Part shown: positions 9,062 through 20,095 of the stretch, piece after piece | Numbering within the stretch: position 1 is the stretch's first letter | How the letters are laid out: every line of letters starts with the position of its first letter | Assembly: GCA_016783505.1 (NCBI GenBank) | Contig: JADHWK010000001.1 | Coordinates: 1-64,000, forward strand | From: Candidatus Zhuqueibacterota bacterium | GTDB lineage: Bacteria; BS750m-G25 | DNA length: 64,000 bases | Direction of reading: 5' to 3' | Translations under genes and position numbers: made by a program | The notes under the pieces: generated by a model | Seen by the model: the letters and a program-made list of their open reading frames with translations, nothing else | What the model was told of the DNA's origin: nothing | Databases searched by the model: none

Positions 9062-9198
9062 ATGAAAATACTTATATCTGTTTTTTTTGTTTTGAAATGC
9101 TTCATGGAGCCAATTTAAGGTTGTTTCATATAATTAAAGAAGCAGGAAAAAGAGGGCATGAAGTTAAATTAATGGTTCCTCATAATGAAGTGGCTTAA
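9062..9198 (+). pseudogene. N-terminal fragment of a GT4-like glycosyltransferase
   Basis: MKILISVF then (frameshifted) HGANLRFVHIIKEAGKRGHEVKLMVPH, then stop. Confidence 0.45.
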
Positions 9199-9402
9199 AA
9201 TGCGAGGAGATCGCAAAGTTTCCAGACTCTCAAAAAGTCTAAAGGGTTCGATTAAACTCCTCGGATCATTAGCTTCGGGAACTCCAACAATCGCAGGGAA
9301 TCTCCCCAACCCTTGAACCGGCCTATTTTAAAAGAGTCCGAATGGAACTCATCTTTAGATGCCTAACTTATTGATTTTCTCAGTTAATTGGAAATAAAAA
9401 AA

Positions 9403-10830
9403 ATGAAGGTATTACTAATCAATCCTCCTTGGACAGTAAAAAAAGGCTACGGGGTAAGGTCCAATTCCAGATGGCCGCATGTTAGGAAGGACAAACATCT
9501 ACCCTTTCCCATATATTTAGGGTATACCGTTTCTGTGCTAGAAAAATCAGGTATTGATGTATCAGTTATAGATTGTATTCCCGATAAGCTTACAAAAGAG
9601 GATCTTACAGAAATAGTTAAAAAAGAAAAACCTCAAATATGCTTCATTGAAACCTCTACCCCAACGTTCATCGAGGATATAGATACTGTAAGGTATTTGA
9701 AAAACAGCATTATTGACATTAAAATAGCCCTTTTTGGACCACATGTTTCGGTTTTCCAAAAGGAGATTATGGAGAAATATGATTTCATAGATATGATCGT
9801 AATTGGCGAATTTGAATATTCAATAAAGGATATATCAAAACAAAAAGACTTGTCTTCTATTGACGGTCTTATATACAGAAAAAATAGAGAGATAATAGTA
9901 AATCCAAAAACCAAGATGATAGAAGAATTAGATGAGTTACCCTTCCCAAATAGAGATAAATTTACGTTAAAACATTATGACGACCACTTGTCATTAACCC
10001 CCTCAATGATGATGATAGCTTCAAGAGGGTGTCCTTTCCAATGTTCGTATTGCCTATGGCCGCAGGTAATGTATGGACATAGATTTAGAAAGAGATCCCC
10101 TAATAATGTTTGCGACGAAATAGGGCTTTTAATCGATAAACATCAAATTAAAGAAGTTAAATTTGATGATGATACATTTGCTCTTGATAAAAATTGGGTA
10201 ATTGAAATTTGTAATGAGATAATAAGAAGAAATATTAACAAAAAAATAATTTGGAGCTGCTTCGGGCATATAACCCAGAACGATGATTATATGTACCAAA
10301 AAATGGCAGAAGCAGGATGCGAACTGATAAGTTTTGGAGTGGAATCAGGTTCGAAAAAGATACTCGCCCAAATTAATAAAAGAATAGATATAGAGAAAGC
10401 ACAACATACCATTTCTATCTGTAAAAATTACGGTATACGTACATATTGTGATTTCATGATAGGGCTTCCCTACGAAACAAAAAAGGATATAGAAAAAAGT
10501 ATTGAAACTGCCATTTTGCTCGACCCTGATATAATTCAGGTAAGTTATGTTGTTCCGTATCCCGGAACCAAAATGTACGATAAAGCCAGAGAAAATGATC
10601 TTTTAATATATCCAGAACAATGGGACAAATACGCATCATGCGAAGCAATTATCAGGACCAGTAGCATTTCTAAAGAGGAACTGGAAAAAATGTACTACAA
10701 GTTCTGGAAGAAATTTTACATAAGACCTTCTTATATAGTTAAAACTTTTAGAAGTGCTGTTTCCTCTAAGGATGAGTTTATAAGAAAAACAAAAGGGTTT
10801 ATCTCGTTTGCAAAAAGATTTTTAATATGA
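9403..10830 (+). CDS. Cobalamin-binding radical SAM protein
   Basis: MKVLLINPP B12-domain start, SRGCPFQCSYC, FDDDTF, GVESGS, PYPGT. Confidence 0.9.
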   Translation: MKVLLINPPWTVKKGYGVRSNSRWPHVRKDKHLPFPIYLGYTVSVLEKSGIDVSVIDCIPDKLTKEDLTEIVKKEKPQICFIETSTPTFIEDIDTVRYLKNSIIDIKIALFGPHVSVFQKEIMEKYDFIDMIVIGEFEYSIKDISKQKDLSSIDGLIYRKNREIIVNPKTKMIEELDELPFPNRDKFTLKHYDDHLSLTPSMMMIASRGCPFQCSYCLWPQVMYGHRFRKRSPNNVCDEIGLLIDKHQIKEVKFDDDTFALDKNWVIEICNEIIRRNINKKIIWSCFGHITQNDDYMYQKMAEAGCELISFGVESGSKKILAQINKRIDIEKAQHTISICKNYGIRTYCDFMIGLPYETKKDIEKSIETAILLDPDIIQVSYVVPYPGTKMYDKARENDLLIYPEQWDKYASCEAIIRTSSISKEELEKMYYKFWKKFYIRPSYIVKTFRSAVSSKDEFIRKTKGFISFAKRFLI

Positions 10831-11987
10831 AAAGTGTTCTAGTTGCTACTCATGATAGAGTATATCCTCTTTATGGCGGGGGAAGCCACAGAGCATTAAA
10901 TCTCTGTAAAAAATTGTCAAATAATGGCTACAAAGTTTCGCTTCTTGCTCCCAGTGTAAAAGATAGGCTGGACAAAATCATTGTTAAGAATATTAAGTTT
11001 TTTGAGGATTATAAAAGCAAAATAGTCGGTGGTTTTTTTTCCCTCTTTGAAGCCTTTATAAAGTCAATAAAACTTGTAAAAGAAAATCCTCTCATAATAG
11101 GTATCGGGGCTCTTGTTATGATCCCACTTTTTGTCTGGGGGAAGATTTTTGGGAAAAGAATTATTTCGTCACCAACTGATATAAACTCTGAATATATGAT
11201 TTATGAAGCAAAAGAGTCCAATAATCTTCTTTTGGGGATTTTTAGTCGTTTTTTAAATATCCTCGAATTGTATACCATTATAAACGCAGATGGCATTATA
11301 GTTGTTTCTGAAGAAATGAAAAAGTACTTGCTTGCCAAAAGGGCAAGGGCCGAGAAGATTACTGTTATCTATGATGGATATAATCCAAAGTTGGGATTAA
11401 AAAACAAGTTCAGATGCAATTTGAAAAAAGGAGGGAAGGTTAATTTTGTTCACCATGGCAGTATTGACGCAAGAGAAGACATAAGTACGCTAATTGATGC
11501 TGTAAAAATATTAAAAAATAAGGGAATTTCCAATTTTCAGATTACTTTCACTGGAAAAGGACTCCGAGAATTGCAGGAAACTGTTATCAAAGAAGAAATA
11601 GATAAATTTTTCATCTTTTCCGGATGGTTATCTAATGAAGAATTAGCCGCCACATTAGAAAATAGTGATTTTGGCTTAATACTAAGAAAAAACATTCTCC
11701 CAAACAATCTTATCACAACAATAAAAATATTTGACTACTGGGCCAGCGGTACAATACCAATAGTGTCGGATTTGAAGGGAATACGTGAAATAGCGACCCT
11801 TGATGAGGCGTTGTTTTTCACCCCTGAGGATCCCAATTCCTTGACGGAACAAATGCAGTATGCAATAAAAAATTTCAATGAGTTATTTAAAATAAGAGAA
11901 GATGGCTTTAAAATGATAGATAAATATAACTTTAATGTAACAGCAAACAAGACGTTTGAGTTTATAATCAACTTATATAATCAATAA
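10827..11987 (+). CDS. Glycosyltransferase family 4
   Basis: GGGSHR N-terminus, ADGIIVVS, KIFDYWASGTIPIVSD. Confidence 0.85.
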   Translation: MKSVLVATHDRVYPLYGGGSHRALNLCKKLSNNGYKVSLLAPSVKDRLDKIIVKNIKFFEDYKSKIVGGFFSLFEAFIKSIKLVKENPLIIGIGALVMIPLFVWGKIFGKRIISSPTDINSEYMIYEAKESNNLLLGIFSRFLNILELYTIINADGIIVVSEEMKKYLLAKRARAEKITVIYDGYNPKLGLKNKFRCNLKKGGKVNFVHHGSIDAREDISTLIDAVKILKNKGISNFQITFTGKGLRELQETVIKEEIDKFFIFSGWLSNEELAATLENSDFGLILRKNILPNNLITTIKIFDYWASGTIPIVSDLKGIREIATLDEALFFTPEDPNSLTEQMQYAIKNFNELFKIREDGFKMIDKYNFNVTANKTFEFIINLYNQ

Positions 11988-11996
11988 TAAACGGAT

Positions 11997-12956
11997 TTGA
12001 CAATCAACAACATACTATCTACATATAAAAATTTTTCCATAATAATAAAAAACGCCTTTTTTATATTAGTACTTATTTTCGTTATAAAGTATTATATATT
12101 TCTGTTTAATAAAATTGACATTAGTTCGATAAATATAAACATCTTCTTTATTTTATTGTCTCTATTTCCACACATGTTAGCATATATACTTCAGGGTACA
12201 TCCTGGTACGTGAGCTTAAAAACCCTGGACTTGCACCCTCCATATATCTCGGCCCTAAAAACCTATTTTATTTCTATAATGGGGAAATACATACCGGGAA
12301 AGGTGTTTATGGTAATATCCAGAATGTATTTATTTAAACAGTATAAGAAAAATCATATTGTTCTGCTGTCATTTTTTATAGAACAGTCTCTATTTCTACT
12401 GTCTATAATAATTTTTTTAGCCCTATCTACTTTTTGGGTTCCCGTAAACAAAATATCAGTTATTTATGAGTATAAATACATTTTTGTTCTCCTGTTTGTA
12501 TTAATTATAGTGGTGCTTATCCCTAGAAATTTATACTTTTTGATGAATAAATTCTCTTCTGCCTACAACAAACTTTTAAAAAAAGACATAGATTTTAAAG
12601 TTATAAAAAAAATAAAAATATCAAATTTTTATAAGATAATCCTTATTGATATATTGAACTGGCTCATATTGGGACTTGCTCTTTTTATATTTATAAACTC
12701 CTTCTTCAATGTAGATTTAAAAAACTTTTTTATTTTTGTTAATATCTATGCCATTGCAAGTTTCATAGGACTAATCTCAGTATTTGCCCCTTCTGGCATA
12801 GGGGTTCGGGAAGGGATAATGGCTTTTTTATTCAACTATTTTGTTTCGCCGGAAGTTGCGCTTATTATACCAATTATGGCAAGGCTGTGGGCAACTTGTA
12901 TCGAAATAATGCTTTTTCTTATGTTCCTGTTGTTAGCAAGAAAAACTAAATATTAA
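11997..12956 (+). CDS. Lysylphosphatidylglycerol-synthase TM domain (UPF0104/flippase-like) membrane protein
   Basis: GKYIPGKV and PSGIGVRE motifs, many TM helices. Confidence 0.8.
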   Translation: MTINNILSTYKNFSIIIKNAFFILVLIFVIKYYIFLFNKIDISSININIFFILLSLFPHMLAYILQGTSWYVSLKTLDLHPPYISALKTYFISIMGKYIPGKVFMVISRMYLFKQYKKNHIVLLSFFIEQSLFLLSIIIFLALSTFWVPVNKISVIYEYKYIFVLLFVLIIVVLIPRNLYFLMNKFSSAYNKLLKKDIDFKVIKKIKISNFYKIILIDILNWLILGLALFIFINSFFNVDLKNFFIFVNIYAIASFIGLISVFAPSGIGVREGIMAFLFNYFVSPEVALIIPIMARLWATCIEIMLFLMFLLLARKTKY

Positions 12957-13077
12957 ATGTATATCCTATTTTATGATAAATACCCTATTTTTTTTGAAAA
13001 TTCCATTATGATAGAAAATACATGCTTGCTTGTTCTGAATCATAACTTAATACTTTTATTTAAGCAGAGGTAATGTA

Positions 13078-14265
13078 ATGGACAACAGTATTTGCATTAT
13101 CGGAGGATGTGGTCATGTAGGTCTGCCACTAGCCGTAGCATTCGCCCAGAAAGGCCAGAAGGTTTGCATTTTTGACATAAACAAAAGTGCTATTGAACTT
13201 GTAAAGAAAGGCAAGTTTCCCTTTAAGGAAGAAGGGGGAGAGAATGCATTAAAAGAGGCTCTTTCAAAAGACAACCTTTCTTTTTCAACATCTCTGAATG
13301 TTATTTCAAAGAGCAAGTTCGTGATCTTCATTCTCGGAACACCGGTGGATAGGCACCTCAATCCCCGGTTTGATATCATAAAAAGAGCGATGAACGAATA
13401 CCTTCCCTATTTTCAGGATGGACAGATTTTCATATTGCGAAGTACGGTATATCCCAGCATTTCAGAAAAAATTAATAATTACCTAAAATCCGAAAAAAAA
13501 AACGTACATGTCGCCTTTTGTCCAGAAAGAATTGCCCAGGGTTACGCATTAACAGAATTATCATCCCTTCCGCAGATAGTATCGGCATTTAGCAAAAAAG
13601 GCCTTGAAGAAGCTAAACGGCTGTTTAATCTCCTGACGAATGATATTATTGTCCTGAACCCCCTGGAAGCGGAACTTGCAAAATTATTTACAAATGTCTG
13701 GAGATATATTTCTTTCGCCATAGCCAACCAGTTTTACATGATAGCAAACGATTACAAACTGGATTTTTACAAGATACATGAGGCAATGACGTATAATTAC
13801 CCACGGGCCAAGCATTTTCCCAAGGCCGGTTTTGCGGCAGGTCCCTGCTTGTTAAAGGATACGATGCAGCTTGCCGCTTTCAACAATAACAACTTTTTCC
13901 TTGGTCACACCGCAATGCTCATAAATGAGGGGCTTCCGAACTACATAGTCAGCAAGTTAAAGGCCAGATTCGACCTAAGAGAGATGAAAATCGGGGTTCT
14001 TGGCATGGCTTTTAAACCCAATAATGATGACAAGAGGGAATCTCTTTCATATAAACTGAAAAAAATACTCGAAATAGAATGCCGGCAGGTTTTATGCACT
14101 GATGTATACATCAAGGACGAAAATTTTGTTGGTGTCGATGAATTAAAAGAATATTCCAATATCATCATTGTCGGGTGTCCGCACAGGGAATACAGGGATT
14201 TAAGCTTCGGGAACAGGCATGTGGTTGATATATGGAACTTCTACGGGAAAGGAGGTATTATCTGA
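13078..14265 (+). CDS. Nucleotide-sugar dehydrogenase (UDP-hexose/UDP-ManNAc family)
   Basis: GGCGHVGLP, LRSTV, CPER, AGPCLLKD, GMAFKPN. Confidence 0.9.
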   Translation: MDNSICIIGGCGHVGLPLAVAFAQKGQKVCIFDINKSAIELVKKGKFPFKEEGGENALKEALSKDNLSFSTSLNVISKSKFVIFILGTPVDRHLNPRFDIIKRAMNEYLPYFQDGQIFILRSTVYPSISEKINNYLKSEKKNVHVAFCPERIAQGYALTELSSLPQIVSAFSKKGLEEAKRLFNLLTNDIIVLNPLEAELAKLFTNVWRYISFAIANQFYMIANDYKLDFYKIHEAMTYNYPRAKHFPKAGFAAGPCLLKDTMQLAAFNNNNFFLGHTAMLINEGLPNYIVSKLKARFDLREMKIGVLGMAFKPNNDDKRESLSYKLKKILEIECRQVLCTDVYIKDENFVGVDELKEYSNIIIVGCPHREYRDLSFGNRHVVDIWNFYGKGGII

Positions 14266-15284
14266 TGAATATACTGGTAACAGGTTCTGCGGGGTTTATA
14301 GCAGGCTACCTCGTTGACGAACTTCTCAAAAAGGGGCACACGGTCTACGGCATAGATAATTACAGTAAATACGGCAAGATCAAAAAAACCTACGATGATC
14401 ACCCAAATTACCATTTAGAAGAGGGCGATGCAAAGGATCTAAAACTCATGAAAGAACTGATCGAGCCCTGCGACCAAGTCGTTGAGATTGCCGCGATGAT
14501 CGGGGGAATAACCTATTTTCATGAGTACGCCTACGACCTGCTTGCCGAAAACGAAAGGATTATCGCAACGGCCTTCGATGCGGCAATCTGGGCGTTTAAG
14601 AACAAAAAATTGAAAAAGATAGATGTCCTTTCATCTTCTATGGTTTTTGAAAACGCAACCAAATATCCTACCCCTGAAGGGCATCAGCTTGAGGCTTCAC
14701 CGCCCTTTTCCACCTATGGGTTTCAAAAACTAGCCTGCGAATATTTTGCAAAGGGAGCATGGGAGCAATACAGGCTTCCGTATACCATAATCAGACCGTT
14801 TAATTGTATCGGAATAGGAGAACAGAAAGCACTGGGGGATAAGGAAATCCTCTCGGGAAATATAAAGCTCGCCATGAGCCATGTCGTACCGGATCTTGTT
14901 CAAAAGGTACTCAAAGGGCAGGACCCGTTGCATATCCTGGGAGACGGTAGCCAGATCAGGCATTACACCTATGGGGCAGATCTTGCAAAAGGTATCGTGA
15001 TGTGTATGGAAAACGAAAAAGCCGTTAACGAGGATTTCAACTTGTCTACTTCGGTAGCCACCACCGTCCTGGAACTTGCTAAGATGATATGGAAGAATAT
15101 AAACGGAGACAAGCCGTTTCGATACGTTTCGGACAAGCCGTTTAAATACGATGTACAGAAGCGAATTCCGGATACGAATAAAGCGAGGGAGATTCTGGGA
15201 TTTGAAGCCACTACCTCTCTCGAAGAAGCTCTAGACGAAATTATTCCATGGATAGAAAATCAGATTAAACTAGGAAACATGTGA
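14265..15284 (+). CDS. NAD-dependent epimerase/dehydratase
   Basis: TGSAGFIA, YGFQK, RPFN; start taken at the ATG overlapping the upstream stop. Confidence 0.88.
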   Translation: MNILVTGSAGFIAGYLVDELLKKGHTVYGIDNYSKYGKIKKTYDDHPNYHLEEGDAKDLKLMKELIEPCDQVVEIAAMIGGITYFHEYAYDLLAENERIIATAFDAAIWAFKNKKLKKIDVLSSSMVFENATKYPTPEGHQLEASPPFSTYGFQKLACEYFAKGAWEQYRLPYTIIRPFNCIGIGEQKALGDKEILSGNIKLAMSHVVPDLVQKVLKGQDPLHILGDGSQIRHYTYGADLAKGIVMCMENEKAVNEDFNLSTSVATTVLELAKMIWKNINGDKPFRYVSDKPFKYDVQKRIPDTNKAREILGFEATTSLEEALDEIIPWIENQIKLGNM

Positions 15285-15414
15285 TATAAAATGCAGTCTA
15301 AAAATTTCTTTAAGGCTGAATACTGCCTTTTGTGGCCGGATAATGAACTATTTAATCACTGGTGGACGTCTGTTTCATCGTTTCAGATATCACAAGGGGC
15401 TGCTTAGATGAAAT

Positions 15415-15482
15415 GAGAAGGTTCGGGTTCGGATAACCTCTCTACTGGCAAAAGGGAAAACCCCAGCCCGTTTCTCGATAAT
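15415..15482 (+). pseudogene. Short remnant of an SDR epimerase N-terminus
   Basis: Reads EKVRV-DNLSTGKREN (1-nt deletion), matching EKVRVLDNFSTGKREN of the 4536 gene. Confidence 0.55.
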
Positions 15483-15519
15483 GATGCTAGATATAAGGAT
15501 TAACTTCTAATACATACAA

Positions 15520-16100
15520 ATGTCTGAAGACTTATATAGCAGAGGATTTAAAGGAACCCTTTATAACTATCTTGGTAGATTTGGTACGCAAGCACTTTCG
15601 TTTTTAATATCTATTTATGTTATTAGGCAATTAAATGTTTCAGCATATGGTATTTATAAGACTTTGATATTCACGGGCCAGTTTTATCGTTATATTATCT
15701 TCTTTTGGTTTACTCTCAATAATCCAACGCTTCTTGCCTGAATATTCAGAGAGAAAAAACTACTGGTAGATCAGAAAAATTTTCACTTCTGGTTTAATTC
15801 TTCGGTTTTTGGAAAGTTTTTTGATAATTCTTGTTTGTTTGATCTTTGTTAATTCCTTAGGGGGGTTTTTTAAAAGCCCCTTTGTTTAGACAGTATTTTC
15901 CAATTTACAGTATTGCTATCCTTGTAATGGTCTCCAATCTAACAGTAGAAAGTGCATTTAACTTACCCTTAATGCAAAAATTTAACAATTTAGCTAAGCT
16001 ATTTTGTGGGAGTATAATATTTCTTCTATTCTATATAAATTGGACTTTTTACGTCAGGAGGAGTTCGAATCTTTCTTTTTCAAAAAAGAACAAAATCTAA
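15520..16100 (+). pseudogene. Frameshifted Wzx-like flippase remnant
   Basis: GTLYNYLGRFGTQALSFLISIYVIRQL...YGIY flippase N-terminus, broken into several short ORFs. Confidence 0.6.
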
Positions 16101-16152
16101 TCTCTTGTCAGTTTTTATCTAACTAAGTGTCCAATTAGAGGGAATCACTCCG

Positions 16153-17337
16153 ATGGAGAAGGTAAATGTGAAACCACTAGTGATAATTTTTATAGTAGCT
16201 ATAATTGCAAGATTTATTTTCTATTTTGCCGTATATCAACCTTTTTCAGATAAATTTAATTGGGGACATTATCCTGGACAATTCAATATGTATTCAGATG
16301 ATAATTATGATGAAATTGCAAGGAATTTAATATCAGGAAAAGGATATACAAAAGATGGAGAATATCCAAATATTGTAAGAACTCCTGTATATCCTTTGAT
16401 TCTTGCTATGCAATTTTTTTTGTTTGGAGATGGTTTTTTCATAAATGTATTTATTAATATCTTATATCAAAGTTTAGTCTGCATAATTTTATATTATTTA
16501 ACTATAATGATTTTTAACAACAATAAGATAGCTATAATATCAAGCTTAATTTGGGCTGTGTATCCTTTGCCAATGCTTCAAGCAATGGGTCCAAACACAG
16601 AGCCTATCTATGAACTATTCTTAATATTTTTTGCTTATTTCTTTTATAAGTTTTATAAATTTAAAAAAATACGTCACTTGATATACTCCTCTATACTATT
16701 GCTTATCATGACAATGACTAGACCAATATCAATATTATTTCCTGTATATTTTCTATTAATCACATTGTTTATTAAAGATTTTATATTTATAACTAAAATA
16801 AAACAGGTTATTATCTTGTTTGTAATTTTTTTGATTGGAGTAGTTCCTTGGATTTACAGGGGTTATACAATTACAGGGGAAATTTTACCTCTAGTATCTT
16901 ATAAACCAATTACTTATTATTTAGATAAAGAGAAATATGAAAGCAATGAATTATTAAAAACTCAAATGGGGTACCCAGAAAAATTAAGGGAAGGAATAAA
17001 AAAACCAACACAGTTTGTCAAAAACTTTTTTATAAGATTGGTTAGATTTTGGTATTATGGCCATTCGACCCCAGTAAGAATTGTTAATGCACTTTTGCAA
17101 TTTCCTATATTGTTATTATCAGTATTTGGAATATGGTGGTCAAAGAAACGAAAAATTTTAATTCTTCCTATCATACTAACAATATGTTATTTTTGGTTAG
17201 CATATGGGGCTACTCATGCTATTTCCAGATATTCTTTCCCAATGATAGCTTTATTGTCTCCATTTATAGCTATTGGAATAATAAAAATATTTAAAATAAT
17301 GAATATCAATGCATTATTTGCAGATATGGAAATTTGA
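16153..17337 (+). CDS. GT-C (ArnT/PMT-like) membrane glycosyltransferase
   Basis: DDNYDEIARNLISGKGY, RTPVYP, TE, TRP and RYSFP motifs; multi-TM. Confidence 0.75.
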   Translation: MEKVNVKPLVIIFIVAIIARFIFYFAVYQPFSDKFNWGHYPGQFNMYSDDNYDEIARNLISGKGYTKDGEYPNIVRTPVYPLILAMQFFLFGDGFFINVFINILYQSLVCIILYYLTIMIFNNNKIAIISSLIWAVYPLPMLQAMGPNTEPIYELFLIFFAYFFYKFYKFKKIRHLIYSSILLLIMTMTRPISILFPVYFLLITLFIKDFIFITKIKQVIILFVIFLIGVVPWIYRGYTITGEILPLVSYKPITYYLDKEKYESNELLKTQMGYPEKLREGIKKPTQFVKNFFIRLVRFWYYGHSTPVRIVNALLQFPILLLSVFGIWWSKKRKILILPIILTICYFWLAYGATHAISRYSFPMIALLSPFIAIGIIKIFKIMNINALFADMEI

Positions 17338-17547
17338 CTTGCTAATTCTCTGAGCTTGCTACAGGGATGAATTATCTTAATATATTCCTATTACACCTAT
17401 TGGAATGCTTTGCTTATTAAAGCTATAACCACTCAATTAAAGTAACGTTTCATAAGACATATGTAATTTCATAAGATTAGATTCAACAGTTTTTCTTGCC
17501 ACAATTCTATATAATGCCTGATATACTTCATAATATAGGTAAATGTA

Positions 17548-18504
17548 ATGCAACTAAATAAGAAAAAAGTTTTGGTTACTGGGGGGGCGGGAGCAATTGG
17601 CTCAAATCTTGTAAAGTCTCTTTTAGAAAAAGATAATTTAGTATTTGTTATTGATGATTTTAGCTCTGGTTTTAGGGAAAATATTCCAGATGACCCTAAT
17701 TTGATTCTTATTAAAGGAGACATAAATAATGATAATATGTTGGATAAAGTTTTTTCTGATAATATATATTGCGTTTTTCATCTAGCAGCACATTTTGCTA
17801 ACCAAAATTCTATTGAACATCCATTTGATGATTTAAATACTAATGGAATGGGAACGTTAAAAATTTTGGAAAGATGCCGTAAATATAATGTTAAAAAATT
17901 CATTTATTCGTCTTCTTCGTGTGTGTATGAAAATTCTGAAAAACCTTTCTCTGAATCCTTTAGCAAAAAAGTTGAGACTCCATATGGTATTACAAAACTA
18001 TTAGGTGAACAATACACCTTATTTTACCATGAGTATCATAAAATAAATTCAGTAGTAGTACGCTATTTCAACAGTTATGGACCTGGCGAGAGACCAGGTA
18101 GATACAGAAACGTAATACCTAATTTTATTTTTAGAGCAATAAATAATAATCCATTAATTATAACGGGGGATGGAACTGAAACTCGCGATTTTACTTATGT
18201 TCATGATATTGTTAGTGGTACAATTTTAGCTGCCGAGACAGAAGAAGTATCCGGTGAAGTTTTTAATATTGGAACCGGGAAAGAAACCAAAATACATGAA
18301 TTGGCAATGATTATAAACGAAATTGTCGGAAACGAAGCGGGAATTGAATTTGTTGAAAAAAGAGATTGGGACCAAATAAAAAATCGGATTGCCAATATAT
18401 CAAAAGCAAGAAAGTTGTTAAACTATAAGACCGAGGTTAGCCTTAATGTAGGTTTACAAAAGACGTATGATTGGTTTATTCAAAATAAAATAGTGGAACA
18501 TTAA
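17548..18504 (+). CDS. NAD-dependent epimerase/dehydratase
   Basis: TGGAGAIG, HLAA, YGITK, RDFTYV. Confidence 0.9.
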   Translation: MQLNKKKVLVTGGAGAIGSNLVKSLLEKDNLVFVIDDFSSGFRENIPDDPNLILIKGDINNDNMLDKVFSDNIYCVFHLAAHFANQNSIEHPFDDLNTNGMGTLKILERCRKYNVKKFIYSSSSCVYENSEKPFSESFSKKVETPYGITKLLGEQYTLFYHEYHKINSVVVRYFNSYGPGERPGRYRNVIPNFIFRAINNNPLIITGDGTETRDFTYVHDIVSGTILAAETEEVSGEVFNIGTGKETKIHELAMIINEIVGNEAGIEFVEKRDWDQIKNRIANISKARKLLNYKTEVSLNVGLQKTYDWFIQNKIVEH

Positions 18505-19256
18505 TGATTTACATTTTATTACCTGCTTACAATGAAGAAGAAGGTCTAGAAAAGCTTCTAGTTCGAATAGATCGTTTAGCTAAAACTTTTTTTTCAGAAT
18601 ATAAACTCATTATCGTAAATGACGGGAGTAGTGATCATACTGTTCAAGTTATTCAAACGCATTTAAAAGAAATGCCTATAGAATTAATAAATTTTGAAAA
18701 AAACAAAGGTATTACAGAAGTTTTTATGGTTGGATTTAAGCGTGTTTGTAAGTTAGGCAAAGATAATGATATTTGCATAACTCTTGATTCTGATAACACT
18801 CAAAGTCCTTTTGTAATTCTTGATATATTACAAAAATTAAATGAAAGATTTGATTTAGTAGTAGCTTCACGTTTTGCAAAGGGGGGCGGAATGGTAGGAG
18901 CACCATTTTTCCGGAAGCTTTTAAGTTTGGGAGTAGCTTATCTATTACGCAAAACTATTCCTATTAAAGGCGCTCGAGACTATTCAACCTTTTATAGAGG
19001 ATATCGAGTGGGTTTAATTCGAAAAGCGTTTAATCAATATGGTGATAATCTTTTGGAGGGGCATGGCTTCTCTGGAATGGCAAATATGCTGATTCGACTT
19101 TGTTCCATGACAGATAAAGTAACTGAAGTTGGACTAGTACTTCGGTATGACTTGAAGGAAGGTGGGTCAGGAATGAATATTCTAAAAACAGTAAAAGGAT
19201 ATTTAAAATTGCTCTATATAAACATAAGAAAACAAAGAAATATACAACTCATATGA
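18504..19256 (+). CDS. GT2, DPM1-like polyprenol-phosphate glycosyltransferase
   Basis: LPAYNEE, VNDGSSD, DSD, VVASRF. Confidence 0.88.
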   Translation: MIYILLPAYNEEEGLEKLLVRIDRLAKTFFSEYKLIIVNDGSSDHTVQVIQTHLKEMPIELINFEKNKGITEVFMVGFKRVCKLGKDNDICITLDSDNTQSPFVILDILQKLNERFDLVVASRFAKGGGMVGAPFFRKLLSLGVAYLLRKTIPIKGARDYSTFYRGYRVGLIRKAFNQYGDNLLEGHGFSGMANMLIRLCSMTDKVTEVGLVLRYDLKEGGSGMNILKTVKGYLKLLYINIRKQRNIQLI

Positions 19257-20095
19257 TGTTGTTACAATTGTTAAAAGGGGAACTTATGTATAATCAATCA
19301 AATAATAGCACTACAAATTGGCAAAAAGTCTACGAAGTGATAAAAGAGTCGGGTGGATGGGGATACCTTTCCAAAATTATAGTTAAATGCTTATGCAGTG
19401 AAATAGGGGATATACAGAACAAGAAAATAATTGAAGTAGGAAGTGGTTCTGGTCGAAATTCACTTGAATTAGCTAAAAAAGGTGCTTATGTAACTTTGTT
19501 AGACTATGCTAAAGATGTTTTAAATGTTACTAAATATTATTTTAAACAGAACAAATTAAATGCTGAATATGTTAATGCTTCCTTATTTGAAATGCCATTT
19601 CCAGACGATACATTTGGTGTAGTATGGAATGCTGGAGTTATGGAGCACTGGGTTGGCTCCGAACAAGTTAACGCACTTAAAGAAATGATAAGAATTTGTA
19701 AAAAAGAGGGTGTTGTTATTACTTTAAATCCTTATGCTGGTTCATTGCTACATAAGTCTGGAAAATGGATTCTGAAAAAACTGGGAAGATACCCATTCGT
19801 AAATGAGATTGATGTACAGACTTTAGAACAACAGATGAAGAAAGCAGGAGGTAATATAATAAAAAGAGAATATTCTACTGGGTTCTTCGTTCTATTTGTT
19901 GGTGCGTTCTTAAGATTATCATTATTACCTTTTGGGAAAATTTTTTTACTCCCGTTCAAATTATTGAATTCATTTTTTTCGTATATGGATTCGAATTTTC
20001 TGGGCAGATTTTTTTATCGGGTAGATAGGTATTTATCCAAATTATTAGGGGGATATCTTTTAGTATCGGTAATAAAAAAGAAAAATGAAAGATAA
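19253..20095 (+). CDS. Class I SAM-dependent methyltransferase
   Basis: IEVGSGSG, MPFPDDTF, GVMEH. Confidence 0.88.
   Translation: MMLLQLLKGELMYNQSNNSTTNWQKVYEVIKESGGWGYLSKIIVKCLCSEIGDIQNKKIIEVGSGSGRNSLELAKKGAYVTLLDYAKDVLNVTKYYFKQNKLNAEYVNASLFEMPFPDDTFGVVWNAGVMEHWVGSEQVNALKEMIRICKKEGVVITLNPYAGSLLHKSGKWILKKLGRYPFVNEIDVQTLEQQMKKAGGNIIKREYSTGFFVLFVGAFLRLSLLPFGKIFLLPFKLLNSFFSYMDSNFLGRFFYRVDRYLSKLLGGYLLVSVIKKKNER

Noticed and set aside
9200-9360. Possible IS end (gagtccgaatggaactc) after the GT fragment
   Set aside because: No partner inverted repeat or transposase motif could be identified.
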